A stretch of DNA of 64,000 nucleotides. It comes from an uncultured virus (IMG/VR IMGVR_UViG_3300037466_002047) (taxonomy: Duplodnaviria > Heunggongvirae > Uroviricota > Caudoviricetes). Shown piece after piece: positions 40,510 through 49,531 of this stretch. The notes under the pieces are model-generated. The model was not told the origin of the DNA. It did no database searches and was given only the letters and a program-made list of their open reading frames with translations. Location: the IMG/VR virus record IMGVR_UViG_3300037466_002047; one strand, 5' to 3'. Position 1 is the stretch's first letter. Every line of letters begins with the position of its first letter. Made by a program: the position numbers and the translations under genes.

Positions 40510-41295
40510 ATGGCGAGGTATGACCTTGGCGACCCGCTGATGAGCTTCATCGGGAATTGGGAGGCATTCCGCGCTAAGCCATATTGGGACCACGGCCAGT
40601 GGTCGGTCGGCTTCGGCACGCGCGCGCATGGCCCGAACGATGTTGTCGACATGGCCGAAGCGACGCAGCGCCTCCGAAACGAGGTCGGCTATTCGCAGTC
40701 GCTGGTGAATCAGCGCTTCCCCAACTTGCCGCAGGGGTGGAAGGACGCGCTCACCTCTCTCACCTACAACTCCGGTACGAAATGGATGGACGGCGGGCTC
40801 GGCAAGGCGCTGAGCAGCGGTGATTACGATGCCGCGAAGCGCGCGTTCCTCGGGATCAACAAGTCGCAAGGCCAGTACATGGAGGGCCTCGCGCAGCGCC
40901 GAGCCGACGAATTGAATACGTTTGCCGATGGCAATGCCCAGCCGCAGCAAGCCATTCAACTCGCGCAGAGCATGAAGCGGAATCCCGTCGACCAGCTGGG
41001 CACCGTGCCGATGAATTCCGATGCGAGCGCCCCGGCCCCGAGCACGCCGGATGCGCCGACGCAGACGGCTGATGCCAGCGCGGGCTCGAGCACTCCGAGC
41101 TTCGGCAGCCTCAGCGGCGACCTCTCGGCCATCGGTAAAGCATTCCAGCAGCCGCAAGCGAAGCTGCAGATGCTGCCGCCGCCGCAGATCCAATATCCGC
41201 AGCCGCCGGGGCTCATGCAGGCCCGCGCGCTCGCCATGGCGATGGCGATGCGGCCTATCGCGAGCACCTCCGAGACAATGGGGACTACCGTATGA
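40510..41295 (+). CDS. GH24-like lysozyme, probably virion-associated
   Basis: FI..WEAFRAKPYWD.GQWSVGFGT, DALTSLTYNSG, GLAQRR.DE; low-complexity tail. Confidence 0.8.
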   Translation: MARYDLGDPLMSFIGNWEAFRAKPYWDHGQWSVGFGTRAHGPNDVVDMAEATQRLRNEVGYSQSLVNQRFPNLPQGWKDALTSLTYNSGTKWMDGGLGKALSSGDYDAAKRAFLGINKSQGQYMEGLAQRRADELNTFADGNAQPQQAIQLAQSMKRNPVDQLGTVPMNSDASAPAPSTPDAPTQTADASAGSSTPSFGSLSGDLSAIGKAFQQPQAKLQMLPPPQIQYPQPPGLMQARALAMAMAMRPIASTSETMGTTV

Positions 41296-42383
41296 TGTTG
41301 CAAAACCTTGCAAAAACTTGCAAAGCCGCCGCGGGCAAACTGCTCGCTCCGATGATCGCGGCATTCCTTGTCGCGGGCTTGGCGAACGGCGCGTTCTATC
41401 AATGGAGCAGAACGGCGGCGACGAACGCCAGCGTCGACACGTCGATCAATTGGGCGGAGTCGATGGCTCCGTCATCGATCAACGATTCTGCCCGCGCGAT
41501 GATGGCGCGGCTCGCGGAGTGGCGGGACGATAATTCCGGCGCGCTGACGACCGGCGGCACCTCGACGGCGTACACGGTGAGCACCTATGAGGGCTTCACC
41601 AACCCGCCGCCCGATGGCGTGACGCTGAACATCACCTTTAACGTGACGAATGGCTCCGCTCCGACGCTCGCGGCGGACAGCGGCACGGCGTACCCCATCC
41701 AGACGGCGAGCGGCACGGCGGTGACAAGCGGCACGCTTGTCGGTGGAGCGCCGTATCGGCTCCGCTTCAGCAATTCCAGTTCTGCGTGGATTTTGCAGAG
41801 CTATTACTCGATCTCGACTATCCCGGTCGGCACCGTTTCACCTTATTCGGGGACGACCGCTCCGACCGATTGGTTACTGGCCGATGGGTCGTGCGTCTCG
41901 CAAACGACTTATCCGAAGCTCTACGCGGTGATTGGCAGCATCTACGGTACGTGCAGCGCCGGACAATTCGCACTGCCCGATTTGCGGGCCCGCACCGTGT
42001 TCGGATTTGATAATGGCAACGCGACCGGGCGGCTTACGACTGCAGGGCTTAGCGCAAGCTCGGTGAGTGATGTTGGCGGCAGCCAATTCCACACCCTGAC
42101 AATTTCCGAGATGCCCGCGCATAGCCATACGGCGACATCGACGGTCACCGACCCCGGCCACACGCATCTCGAATTAGGGACGGCACAAAACAGCTTCACA
42201 GGCGGCACGAATGGCGCTGCTTTCGCCTTCATTCAAGGCGGCGGCTCTTCAAGCTTCGGCAATACGGCGACCGCCACCACCGGCATCACCGTGAGCACGT
42301 CCGTTGGGTCGCAGGGCGGCGGGAATGCGCATTCTGTTGTGAATCCCGGCATCATCCTCCTCTATATCATCAAGGTGAACTGA
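41292..42383 (+). CDS. tail fibre with tail-collar domain
   Basis: PVGTVSPYSGTTAPTDWLLADGS.VS.TTYP.LYAVIG..YG...FALPDLR. Confidence 0.85.
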   Translation: MMLQNLAKTCKAAAGKLLAPMIAAFLVAGLANGAFYQWSRTAATNASVDTSINWAESMAPSSINDSARAMMARLAEWRDDNSGALTTGGTSTAYTVSTYEGFTNPPPDGVTLNITFNVTNGSAPTLAADSGTAYPIQTASGTAVTSGTLVGGAPYRLRFSNSSSAWILQSYYSISTIPVGTVSPYSGTTAPTDWLLADGSCVSQTTYPKLYAVIGSIYGTCSAGQFALPDLRARTVFGFDNGNATGRLTTAGLSASSVSDVGGSQFHTLTISEMPAHSHTATSTVTDPGHTHLELGTAQNSFTGGTNGAAFAFIQGGGSSSFGNTATATTGITVSTSVGSQGGGNAHSVVNPGIILLYIIKVN

Positions 42384-42811
42384 TGACGGTCGTTAGGACA
42401 GACACCCGCGCGACGCGCGACAATGCTGAGCGCCTCCGCTTCCAGCCGACCGGCGGGATCAGCGAGACGAACGTGCAAAAGGCGATTGAGCAGGTCTCCA
42501 CGAGACCGCCGTCGTTGACGCCGACCAGCGTAACGAATGCGCTCTCGCCGTTCGCACCGACGAACGATGACGTGCTGCTGGAGGTCGACAGCAGCGCCGG
42601 AGCGGTGACAATCAATCTGCAGGACGCCTCCATTCGCACCTTGCCGCTCGTCATCAAGGACATCGCGGGAGCGGCGAGCACGCACAACATCACGATCAAC
42701 CCCAATGGTGCCAACACCATCGATGGGGCAGCGGACTACGTGATCAACGCCGACTATGGCGCGGTCAATCTCTTTCCCCGTTCCGGAACAGGCTACTCGG
42801 TGGTGCCATGA
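42383..42811 (+). CDS. tail-associated protein
   Basis: NVQKAIE; VDSSAGAVTINL...IKD..G.A..NITI..NG..TIDG. Confidence 0.7.
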   Translation: MTVVRTDTRATRDNAERLRFQPTGGISETNVQKAIEQVSTRPPSLTPTSVTNALSPFAPTNDDVLLEVDSSAGAVTINLQDASIRTLPLVIKDIAGAASTHNITINPNGANTIDGAADYVINADYGAVNLFPRSGTGYSVVP

Positions 42812-44709
42812 AACGAATTGCGACCATTCTCGCGCTTCTCCTGCTCGCCGCGCCTGCATTCGGGCAGGCCATCGGCCAACTGCCCGCGGGCAATGTCTGG
42901 GGCAACCCGACTGCCTCGCGCGGCGTAGCGCAGCCGACATCGATCACATCGATTCTCGACCGCGCGCTGTGCAGTGCACAGGGCAACGTCGTCGCGCGCG
43001 GAGCATCCGCATGGACGTGCTCGGTGTCGCCGGTTCTCGGTCTGCCGGGGAGCACGCAAGGATCGCTCGGCTTCGCTGGCGCGACCTCCGGCACCGCGAC
43101 GATCAAAGCGCAGGCTGCGGCCGGAACGCCGACGCTCACTTTTCCGAACACCAGCGGCACATTTGCCGTGGGCGTGGCCTCGCCGCTGACCCTGAGCGCG
43201 ACCACCGGCCAGATCGGTTGGAGCGGGACCAGCGGCGGCATTCCTTATTTCTCATCGGGCACGGCGGTTGCTTCGTCCGGCGCGCTGACGGCCAATGCGC
43301 TCGTGTTCGGCGGCGGCGCGGGCGCTGCTCCGAGCACGCCCGTGGGACTCGGCACGACCTCGACCGTCCTTCACGGCAATGCCGCGGGCTTTCCTTCTTT
43401 CGGTGCGGTGACCACGGCCGATGCGCCGACGCTCGCCCCGTTGGCGAGCCCGGCATTTACCGGCACCCCTACCGCGCCGACGCCGTCGACGACCGATAAT
43501 TCGACAAAAATCGCGACCACGGCGCTTGTCGCGTCGAAGCTGTCTGCCTATACGCTCAGGCTTCCGAACCCGACTAATTTGTATGTTGCGACGACCGGCA
43601 GCGACAGCAATGACTGCCTGAGTTTGGCGACGCCGTGCCTCACGATTCAGCACGCGGTTAACCTGCTGTATGTTGTCTATGACGGTGGCGGTAGCTCGAG
43701 CACCATCAACGTCGGCGCGGGCACCTTCTGCGGGGTCGTGGTCAGCTATCCGCTGCCCGGCGGCACATATATTTTAATTAAAGGAAACGGGTCTAGCTCG
43801 ACAATCATCCAGGCGTGCAGCGCAGGCGGCTCCGGAGTTACCGCCAATGCCAAGGCGACTATTTATTTGCAAGACCTGCAGTTGTCTGGAGGAGGGCAAA
43901 CCGGGTCGAATGATCTGCTAATCGAGTATTTCTCGTTCGTCGGGCTGATGGGACAGATCAATTTTGCGGCCGCAGATCATGCCCTGATCGATGCACTCGA
44001 TCATGCTGTCTTTAATGCAAATAGCCAGCCCATCGTCATCAGCGGTGGCGCACAGTATGGCTTTCTGATCTCGACACAGAGCGCCGTGGTTACGGGAGTC
44101 GGGGTCACCAATGTCATCACTGGCACTCCAAACTTCTCTGTCGCCTTCATCGATGCAATCGATGGCTCATTCTTCAACATGGGCATCTCGTCGTCATGGA
44201 GCGGAAGCGCGACCGGCGTGAGGTACGACCTTGCTCTGAACAGCTATATCGATACGGAGCAGATCACCACGCCGCTGCCGGGAAGCCTCCCCGGCACGAT
44301 CTCAAATGCGTCCCGCTATTACACTAATACAGGTTTGGCCTGCATCGGCGGGGTCGGTGGGTGCGCCAACATCAATGTGCCGACAGGGCTCGGAACGGGA
44401 GGCACCGCGAGCATCGTAGCAGGATCGGGCGACACGGCCGGAGAGGTGATCCTATCTCCCGGGACCGGCGCGGCCAGCAATGGGTTCGTATATGTGAACC
44501 TGAATAGCAAATTGGCCGGTTCTCTCGGGCAAGCCGGGTTTTGCGTCGTCGGACTGGCAAACTCAGGTTCGGCGTGGCCTACGGGCAGCAATGTGCAAAG
44601 CTTCTATAGCGGCGTCTCCACGGGAGGGCAGATACTGATCCGGTGGGATTCCAATGGATCGGCACTCGTCAGTGCCGCAAGCTATGGCATCAACTGGAAG
44701 TGCGAATGA
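42808..44709 (+). CDS. tailspike/receptor-binding protein
   Basis: APLASPAFTGTPTAPT...NSTKIATTA fibre motif, then YVATTGSDSNDC..ATPCLTIQHA beta-helix start. Confidence 0.8.
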   Translation: MKRIATILALLLLAAPAFGQAIGQLPAGNVWGNPTASRGVAQPTSITSILDRALCSAQGNVVARGASAWTCSVSPVLGLPGSTQGSLGFAGATSGTATIKAQAAAGTPTLTFPNTSGTFAVGVASPLTLSATTGQIGWSGTSGGIPYFSSGTAVASSGALTANALVFGGGAGAAPSTPVGLGTTSTVLHGNAAGFPSFGAVTTADAPTLAPLASPAFTGTPTAPTPSTTDNSTKIATTALVASKLSAYTLRLPNPTNLYVATTGSDSNDCLSLATPCLTIQHAVNLLYVVYDGGGSSSTINVGAGTFCGVVVSYPLPGGTYILIKGNGSSSTIIQACSAGGSGVTANAKATIYLQDLQLSGGGQTGSNDLLIEYFSFVGLMGQINFAAADHALIDALDHAVFNANSQPIVISGGAQYGFLISTQSAVVTGVGVTNVITGTPNFSVAFIDAIDGSFFNMGISSSWSGSATGVRYDLALNSYIDTEQITTPLPGSLPGTISNASRYYTNTGLACIGGVGGCANINVPTGLGTGGTASIVAGSGDTAGEVILSPGTGAASNGFVYVNLNSKLAGSLGQAGFCVVGLANSGSAWPTGSNVQSFYSGVSTGGQILIRWDSNGSALVSAASYGINWKCE

Positions 44710-44722
44710 TGAGGAGAAGTAG

Positions 44723-45565
44723 ATGAACCATCCATTCGCAGTTTTGATGCCCGAGTACGTCCGCCTGCTCGCGAGCATGATTGTCGACCCGCGGCGCGCG
44801 CCGGAGATCGAGCGGTGGGCGCAAAAGCTCGCCGGTCCACTCTACTGGCCGCGCTACGAGCAGGTGCAAGGCATGACGGCGATTCCCGGCGAATTGATCG
44901 CCGCGCTTGATTATCGGGAGTCGAGCGCCAACCCGCGCTGTGCGCTCGGTCAGGGCGACCTTTGGAGCGAGGTCTCGCGGCATTACCCGAGCGGCTGCGG
45001 GCCGTTTGCATCATGGGTGGCCGCGGCGGCGTTCTATATCCACCGCGAGCATTTCGATGACCACTCGCACGAATGGTCGTGGCCTTACGCTTGCTGGAAG
45101 ATCGAAGGCTGGAACGGATTCGGCCCGCGCAATCACGGCATCCACACCGGCTACCTCTGGGCCGGGACGAACCACTATTATCGAGGCAAGTACGTGGCCG
45201 ATGGCGAGTGGGACCAGAGCGCCGAGGACAAGCAGATCGGCGCGATCCCGTTGATGATGCGCATCATGGAAATTCGCGGCACGTCGCTGCCCGGGATGCC
45301 CGGCAAGGTCGTCGCACTCGGACCGAAACCGATGCCCGCGCCGCTCGGAGTCGGAGCGACTCCCAGCCCAGGGCATGACGTACTCTGGCTGCAGGCGGCG
45401 CTCAACAAGGTGCTCAAAATCGACCTCATCACCGATGGTCTCTATGGCCGCGAAACGCGGTCAGCAGTGCGCGACTATCAAAAGCTGCGCGGATTAACTG
45501 TGGATGGCTTGTTCGGGCCTAAGACGGATGAGGCACTTACCGGTGATTTGAAAGCCGCGGCTTAG
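44723..45565 (+). CDS. endolysin (lysozyme-family domain plus C-terminal PG-binding domain)
   Basis: IAALDYRES, E.WNG.G, YLWAGT.HY.RGKYVADG, V.WLQ..LN...DGLYG..T..AVRDYQ...GL.VDG..GPKT. Confidence 0.88.
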   Translation: MNHPFAVLMPEYVRLLASMIVDPRRAPEIERWAQKLAGPLYWPRYEQVQGMTAIPGELIAALDYRESSANPRCALGQGDLWSEVSRHYPSGCGPFASWVAAAAFYIHREHFDDHSHEWSWPYACWKIEGWNGFGPRNHGIHTGYLWAGTNHYYRGKYVADGEWDQSAEDKQIGAIPLMMRIMEIRGTSLPGMPGKVVALGPKPMPAPLGVGATPSPGHDVLWLQAALNKVLKIDLITDGLYGRETRSAVRDYQKLRGLTVDGLFGPKTDEALTGDLKAAA

Positions 45566-45632
45566 AAGCCGCCGATTGTGCGGCCGCGGCTGGCGTGAGA
45601 AGAATACGAGCCGACTCCAGAGGAGATGAAAG

Positions 45633-45950
45633 ATGGGCGAAATGAAGTACCGGCCTTATTGGCTTCCCGATACGCAGGGCTTCCTCGCCCTGGCCATCAT
45701 CATGGTCGTCGCCGTGCTGGCGTTCCTGCTCCTGCAGACTGAGATCAAATTCGACGACAAGGTGGCGGGCGCATTTATGACCGTGCTCGGCGTGCTCACC
45801 GCGTGCTTGAAGGACGTCTATCAGTTTTTCTTCGGCTCCTCGCGGGGCTCGGAGAAGAAAGATGACGTCATGGTCGCGGCTGCTCTCGCATCGCCTCCGT
45901 CTTCGGCATCACCCGCTCCTGCTCCGGCCCCGCCGCAGCAGAGCAACTGA
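45633..45950 (+). CDS. holin-like 2-TM protein
   Basis: two TMs followed by FFFGSSRGS..KD. Confidence 0.75.
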   Translation: MGEMKYRPYWLPDTQGFLALAIIMVVAVLAFLLLQTEIKFDDKVAGAFMTVLGVLTACLKDVYQFFFGSSRGSEKKDDVMVAAALASPPSSASPAPAPAPPQQSN

Positions 45951-45961
45951 GGAGCACCATC

Positions 45962-46408
45962 GTGACGAAACTGATCAGGGTTGGCGTATTCCTCGCGCTC
46001 GCAATTGCGGTCGCGGGCTGCGCCCAAGTCCAGGCGTTCCAGCAAAAGGTCGAGAACGCTGTCTCCACGCTCACCTCGACGCAGATCAACTACAACTACG
46101 TCGTGGCTGGCATTCAGTCCTTTGAAGGGCTGCAGAAGGTCGGCGCTGCTTATTTGCGCCTACCGACGTGCACGATGACCAGCGGGCCGATCTGCCACGA
46201 CCGGCGAGCGACTGCGCCGATCAGGGCGGCGTTCCTGGCGGGCCGCAAGGCTCGCAACGACGCGCTCGCCTACATGGACGCGCATCCATGCGACACGAGC
46301 ACAAGCGTCTGTCCGCTGATGCCGGACGGCGTGTACGCCGGGCTCCGCGATGCAATCAATGAATTGCAGAGCCTCTATTCCACCTACAAAGTGAACCTTG
46401 GAGGCTAA
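45962..46408 (+). CDS. lipoprotein (spanin-like candidate)
   Basis: lipobox VAGC after a hydrophobic leader; in the lysis module. Confidence 0.6.
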   Translation: MTKLIRVGVFLALAIAVAGCAQVQAFQQKVENAVSTLTSTQINYNYVVAGIQSFEGLQKVGAAYLRLPTCTMTSGPICHDRRATAPIRAAFLAGRKARNDALAYMDAHPCDTSTSVCPLMPDGVYAGLRDAINELQSLYSTYKVNLGG

Positions 46409-46410
46409 CC

Positions 46411-46740
46411 GTGGAAGCAGCACTCGAAGCAGTCCTGGCCGTGATCCTGCAGGTCGTGCAGATGACCGGCGCGAGCGCGGCGACCACCGAGACGGTGGCG
46501 ACCGTCGTCAATGCGCTCGTCAAGCTGATCCCGGTGGTCCTCGACATCGCGCCGAAGCTCATCAGCACGGTGAAGAACATCATCGCCGCGCTCGAGGCAA
46601 ATCCGGCCACGCTGCCGGATCAGATCGCCACGCTCAAAGCGGCGCTGCCTGCCGACGACGCGGACTTTGACAGCGCCGCGCAGCAAGCGGAGGCGAATGA
46701 CACTGCTGCCGCCGCGGCGGAAGCGGATCCGAAGTCGTAG
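46411..46740 (+). CDS. hypothetical lysis-module protein
   Basis: GGAGG RBS; amphipathic helices. Confidence 0.55.
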   Translation: MEAALEAVLAVILQVVQMTGASAATTETVATVVNALVKLIPVVLDIAPKLISTVKNIIAALEANPATLPDQIATLKAALPADDADFDSAAQQAEANDTAAAAAEADPKS

Positions 46741-46752
46741 GGGAACAAGGGC

Positions 46753-47064
46753 ATGAGCGGCACCGCCGACATCTTCGCATGGCTCGGCATCCGCATCCCC
46801 GATCTGGTCGCGGGATTTATGGGCGGTGTCGTGAACGCTCTGTTTTTCTCGAAAGGACGCCCCATCGACGTGGTCGCAAGCCTCGTCGGTGGGGCACTTA
46901 CTGCGAACTACCTGACGACACCGGTGGCCCATATCGGCGGGCTCGATGAGGGGGTTGCAGGTTTCATCGTCGGCGTGACCGCGATGGCCATCTGCCAAAG
47001 TTTATTCTCGGTAGCGAACTCTTGGACGGCTCGGATCGTTAGGGGTACCGATGCAGGACAATAG
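46753..47064 (+). CDS. holin-like multi-TM protein
   Basis: LVAGFMGG, GGALTANYL, AGFIVG..AM. Confidence 0.65.
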   Translation: MSGTADIFAWLGIRIPDLVAGFMGGVVNALFFSKGRPIDVVASLVGGALTANYLTTPVAHIGGLDEGVAGFIVGVTAMAICQSLFSVANSWTARIVRGTDAGQ

Positions 47065-47533
47065 CGGGCTCACCGAATTGTTCCTCGCGCTCACGGTGCT
47101 GGGCGCGTTCCTGGCCGTCTGGAAGATGGCCATGCTGGCATGCGCATGCCGGGGAAGCGCCATAGGCAGGCACGCCCACAGGACGGCGCTGGCTGCGTTT
47201 GCGGTGGCGTCCCTACTGGCGGCCCGGTTTGCCTGGGAAACCGCCTGGGTGCCCTTGTGGCCGTGTTTGGCGGGGGTCTTAGTCGGTGACCTTTGGCTGG
47301 TTTTCAGGATCGGCTGGGCTTACGGGGCCGAAATGGCCGAGATCCGCGTGGAGGCCAGCGGTTCGCGCTTTGCAGAGGGCGCGACGACGGGCGGAACTTC
47401 GGGACCGATGGCGAAGCCTTCCCGGGGCGTTTGGCCGCAGCCTTGGCAGCCTCCCGCTTCTCAAGTTTCCGCTGCCGCTTTATCAGCACGCGGTCGGGAT
47501 GCTGAGCGCCATCACCGCGGACGTTCGTCTTGA
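47051..47533 (+). CDS. membrane protein (C-terminal extent doubtful; overlaps a convergent gene)
   Basis: three hydrophobic segments in the first ~90 aa. Confidence 0.45.
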   Translation: MQDNSGLTELFLALTVLGAFLAVWKMAMLACACRGSAIGRHAHRTALAAFAVASLLAARFAWETAWVPLWPCLAGVLVGDLWLVFRIGWAYGAEMAEIRVEASGSRFAEGATTGGTSGPMAKPSRGVWPQPWQPPASQVSAAALSARGRDAERHHRGRSS

Positions 47534-47894
47534 ACCGGTGCGCGGTCGCCGTCCGGTAGATCAGGTGCTCCGGATCGTTCGCATCGGGCTCATATCCGAC
47601 ATGCTCCCCCGCCGAATTAAAGACCTTCTCGCGCGCTCCGAGCGGAGGATCGTGGTCCAAATGGAGAGCCTCGGCCTCGGTCGGCTCTTCCACACCGGAG
47701 AGAACCTGCGCCAACTGGAGCAATAGCTCCTCCAGCAAGCGACGGAAGCCGCGCCGATAGATCGGATTCACCGTCGGGTCTGCGAGGTCGCGCGTGCGCA
47801 TGACGACCTCGTCGGGAAACATCTCCCCGAGTTGGCGCATCGCCACCCGGCAGCGAACCTCCAGAGGGATGTGCGGGCGCAATAGGCGCGGCAT
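47304..47894 (-). CDS. HNH-like nuclease
   Basis: LHLDHDPPL...NDPEHL......H..KT; basic C-terminus. Confidence 0.6.
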   Translation of the reverse strand: MPRLLRPHIPLEVRCRVAMRQLGEMFPDEVVMRTRDLADPTVNPIYRRGFRRLLEELLLQLAQVLSGVEEPTEAEALHLDHDPPLGAREKVFNSAGEHVGYEPDANDPEHLIYRTATAHRFKTNVRGDGAQHPDRVLIKRQRKLEKREAAKAAAKRPGKASPSVPKFRPSSRPLQSANRWPPRGSRPFRPRKPSRS

Positions 47895-48109
47895 TCATGG
47901 CTCCAAAGCGGGCGGCTGATCCGAGCGATCCCAGCGGGCCTTATATTCGTCGATGAATTCGGGCTCGTAGCTCGAGCGCCAGCCGCACGTGCAAAAGAAC
48001 TGATTGCCGTCGAAGCGAACGCGCCGGAAGCAGCGGTCCTCGCCGCAGTAGGGCATATAGCCCGGCCGGGTCATGAGGTTTTCGCGAACGATGCTACGCT
48101 CCGGCATGC
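47895..48109 (-). CDS. small Cys-rich protein
   Basis: YMPYCG..RC......F.CTCGWRS. Confidence 0.55.
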
Positions 48110-48648
48110 AGCCAATCCTCGTCGCGGTCTTTCCAGGCGAGCAATTCGACCTTGGCATGCCCGGCGATGCGGTCGGCCGAGTTCTTCACATATTCCGGAA
48201 CGTAGTGGTGGATGAACTCCGGCGACATGAGCGCAATTTGGACTCTAAAACGAGTCACCTGCCGGATCATCAGCGTGCCCTGCTGAATGTCGCGCCGGAG
48301 CGACGGGCAGAACCGCATGCAGATGGCCGCACACTCGCGATGGAGCAGCGGCTCGACCTGCATCACGGCCGGACCTTCCGCGCCATTGTTCCGGACCGTC
48401 GCATGGGATAGCGACACCTTGGTCCGATTGCGCAGCGGCTTTCCACAGAGGTCGCAGAGCCCCTCACCGATGGCTTGGCGCTGGCGGACGTTATGAGGCT
48501 TGCCGAATAGCGGCTTCCCTTCGCCCGGGTGGTGCTCCTGGCAGAGCGCGGGCCGACCGTCAGCGAAACGGCAGCGCGCGACGAACTGCCTTTCCTCCGC
48601 GGACCACGAGACGGTGAATGGGACCGGCGTGTTTCCAAATGTGAGCAT
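48094..48648 (-). CDS. Zn-binding hypothetical protein
   Basis: PVPF...W, H..RQR...LCDLCGKPL, EPLLHRECA.....CP. Confidence 0.7.
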   Translation of the reverse strand: MLTFGNTPVPFTVSWSAEERQFVARCRFADGRPALCQEHHPGEGKPLFGKPHNVRQRQAIGEGLCDLCGKPLRNRTKVSLSHATVRNNGAEGPAVMQVEPLLHRECAAICMRFCPSLRRDIQQGTLMIRQVTRFRVQIALMSPEFIHHYVPEYVKNSADRIAGHAKVELLAWKDRDEDWLHAGA

Positions 48649-49025
48649 TAGCGTCGCCGCGTGGCCTCCAATAGCGGAAGGTTAGCCTCCGTGGGGACAT
48701 AGATGGTCTCGCCTTCCCGCTCCTCCATCATCCGAATCCATTGCCAGCGCAGATAGAGGTCGTGCTCCTTCAAGCCCTCACCGATGCGGTTGATCTGCTC
48801 GCGCACGGCTTCGGCTTCGATGATCGCCGCCTCTTTGTTCAACGTGGCAGCGTTCTTCCGGCCGAGGGCTCGAGCGACCTGAATCTGCTGTTCGGCTTGC
48901 GCCTGCGCGAGGTCGGCCTCGCCGCTCTTGCGAGAGGACCAAACATTATAAATCGGCATGACCAACATCAACGCGCTGATGACCACCAGCACGATTAGCA
49001 TTCCGATGAATACGATCTCGATCAT
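48648..49025 (-). CDS. SPFH/band-7-like small membrane protein
   Basis: N-terminal TM, P.YNVW, G.A.LA.A, YLRW.WI, IYVPTEANLP.LEA; AGGAG RBS. Confidence 0.7.
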   Translation of the reverse strand: MIEIVFIGMLIVLVVISALMLVMPIYNVWSSRKSGEADLAQAQAEQQIQVARALGRKNAATLNKEAAIIEAEAVREQINRIGEGLKEHDLYLRWQWIRMMEEREGETIYVPTEANLPLLEATRRR

Positions 49026-49180
49026 TTGCGCTTCTCCTTCTTTGGTTTTTTCGCCGGGATTGCCGCCACCTTCTCCTTTAAAGCCTGGAGCGAGGCGCGC
49101 TTCTCCTGCTGCGACCGCTCGAAGTTGGCCTCGCGTAGAGCTTTGATCTGATCCTGTTTCGGAGATGGCTGCTTCGACAT
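49022..49180 (-). CDS. 52-aa basic protein
   Basis: MSKQPSPKQDQIK...KKPKKEKRK; GGGAG RBS; ATGA overlap with the next gene. Confidence 0.55.
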   Translation of the reverse strand: MSKQPSPKQDQIKALREANFERSQQEKRASLQALKEKVAAIPAKKPKKEKRK

Positions 49181-49531
49181 GTTGCTGCTCCCGGTAGGCG
49201 GTGACTACTTCGATTTGAATGGCACGAATTTTCGCAGGGTCGCCACAACCCTCATCCAGACACCGGGCGTGCATGTGCTGCCAGAGAGGGAACGGGATTC
49301 CGAGCCGTAGCGCCTCGACCTGGGGACGCGGGCCAACGGGCCCATGCGTCGGGGAGCAAGTGGGGCACCAATAGAGCCCGAGCGTTCGGTGCTTGCGTAG
49401 TTGGCGGCGACCGCACCCCCAGATGCAGTGCATTTTTTCATTTCCCGGTTTCGCAGCCGAGCGTCACGACGCCGCTGCTTGTTCATCGCTTCGATGGTGC
49501 AGGACCATTCAGACATTGCAGCCCCCCAGCA

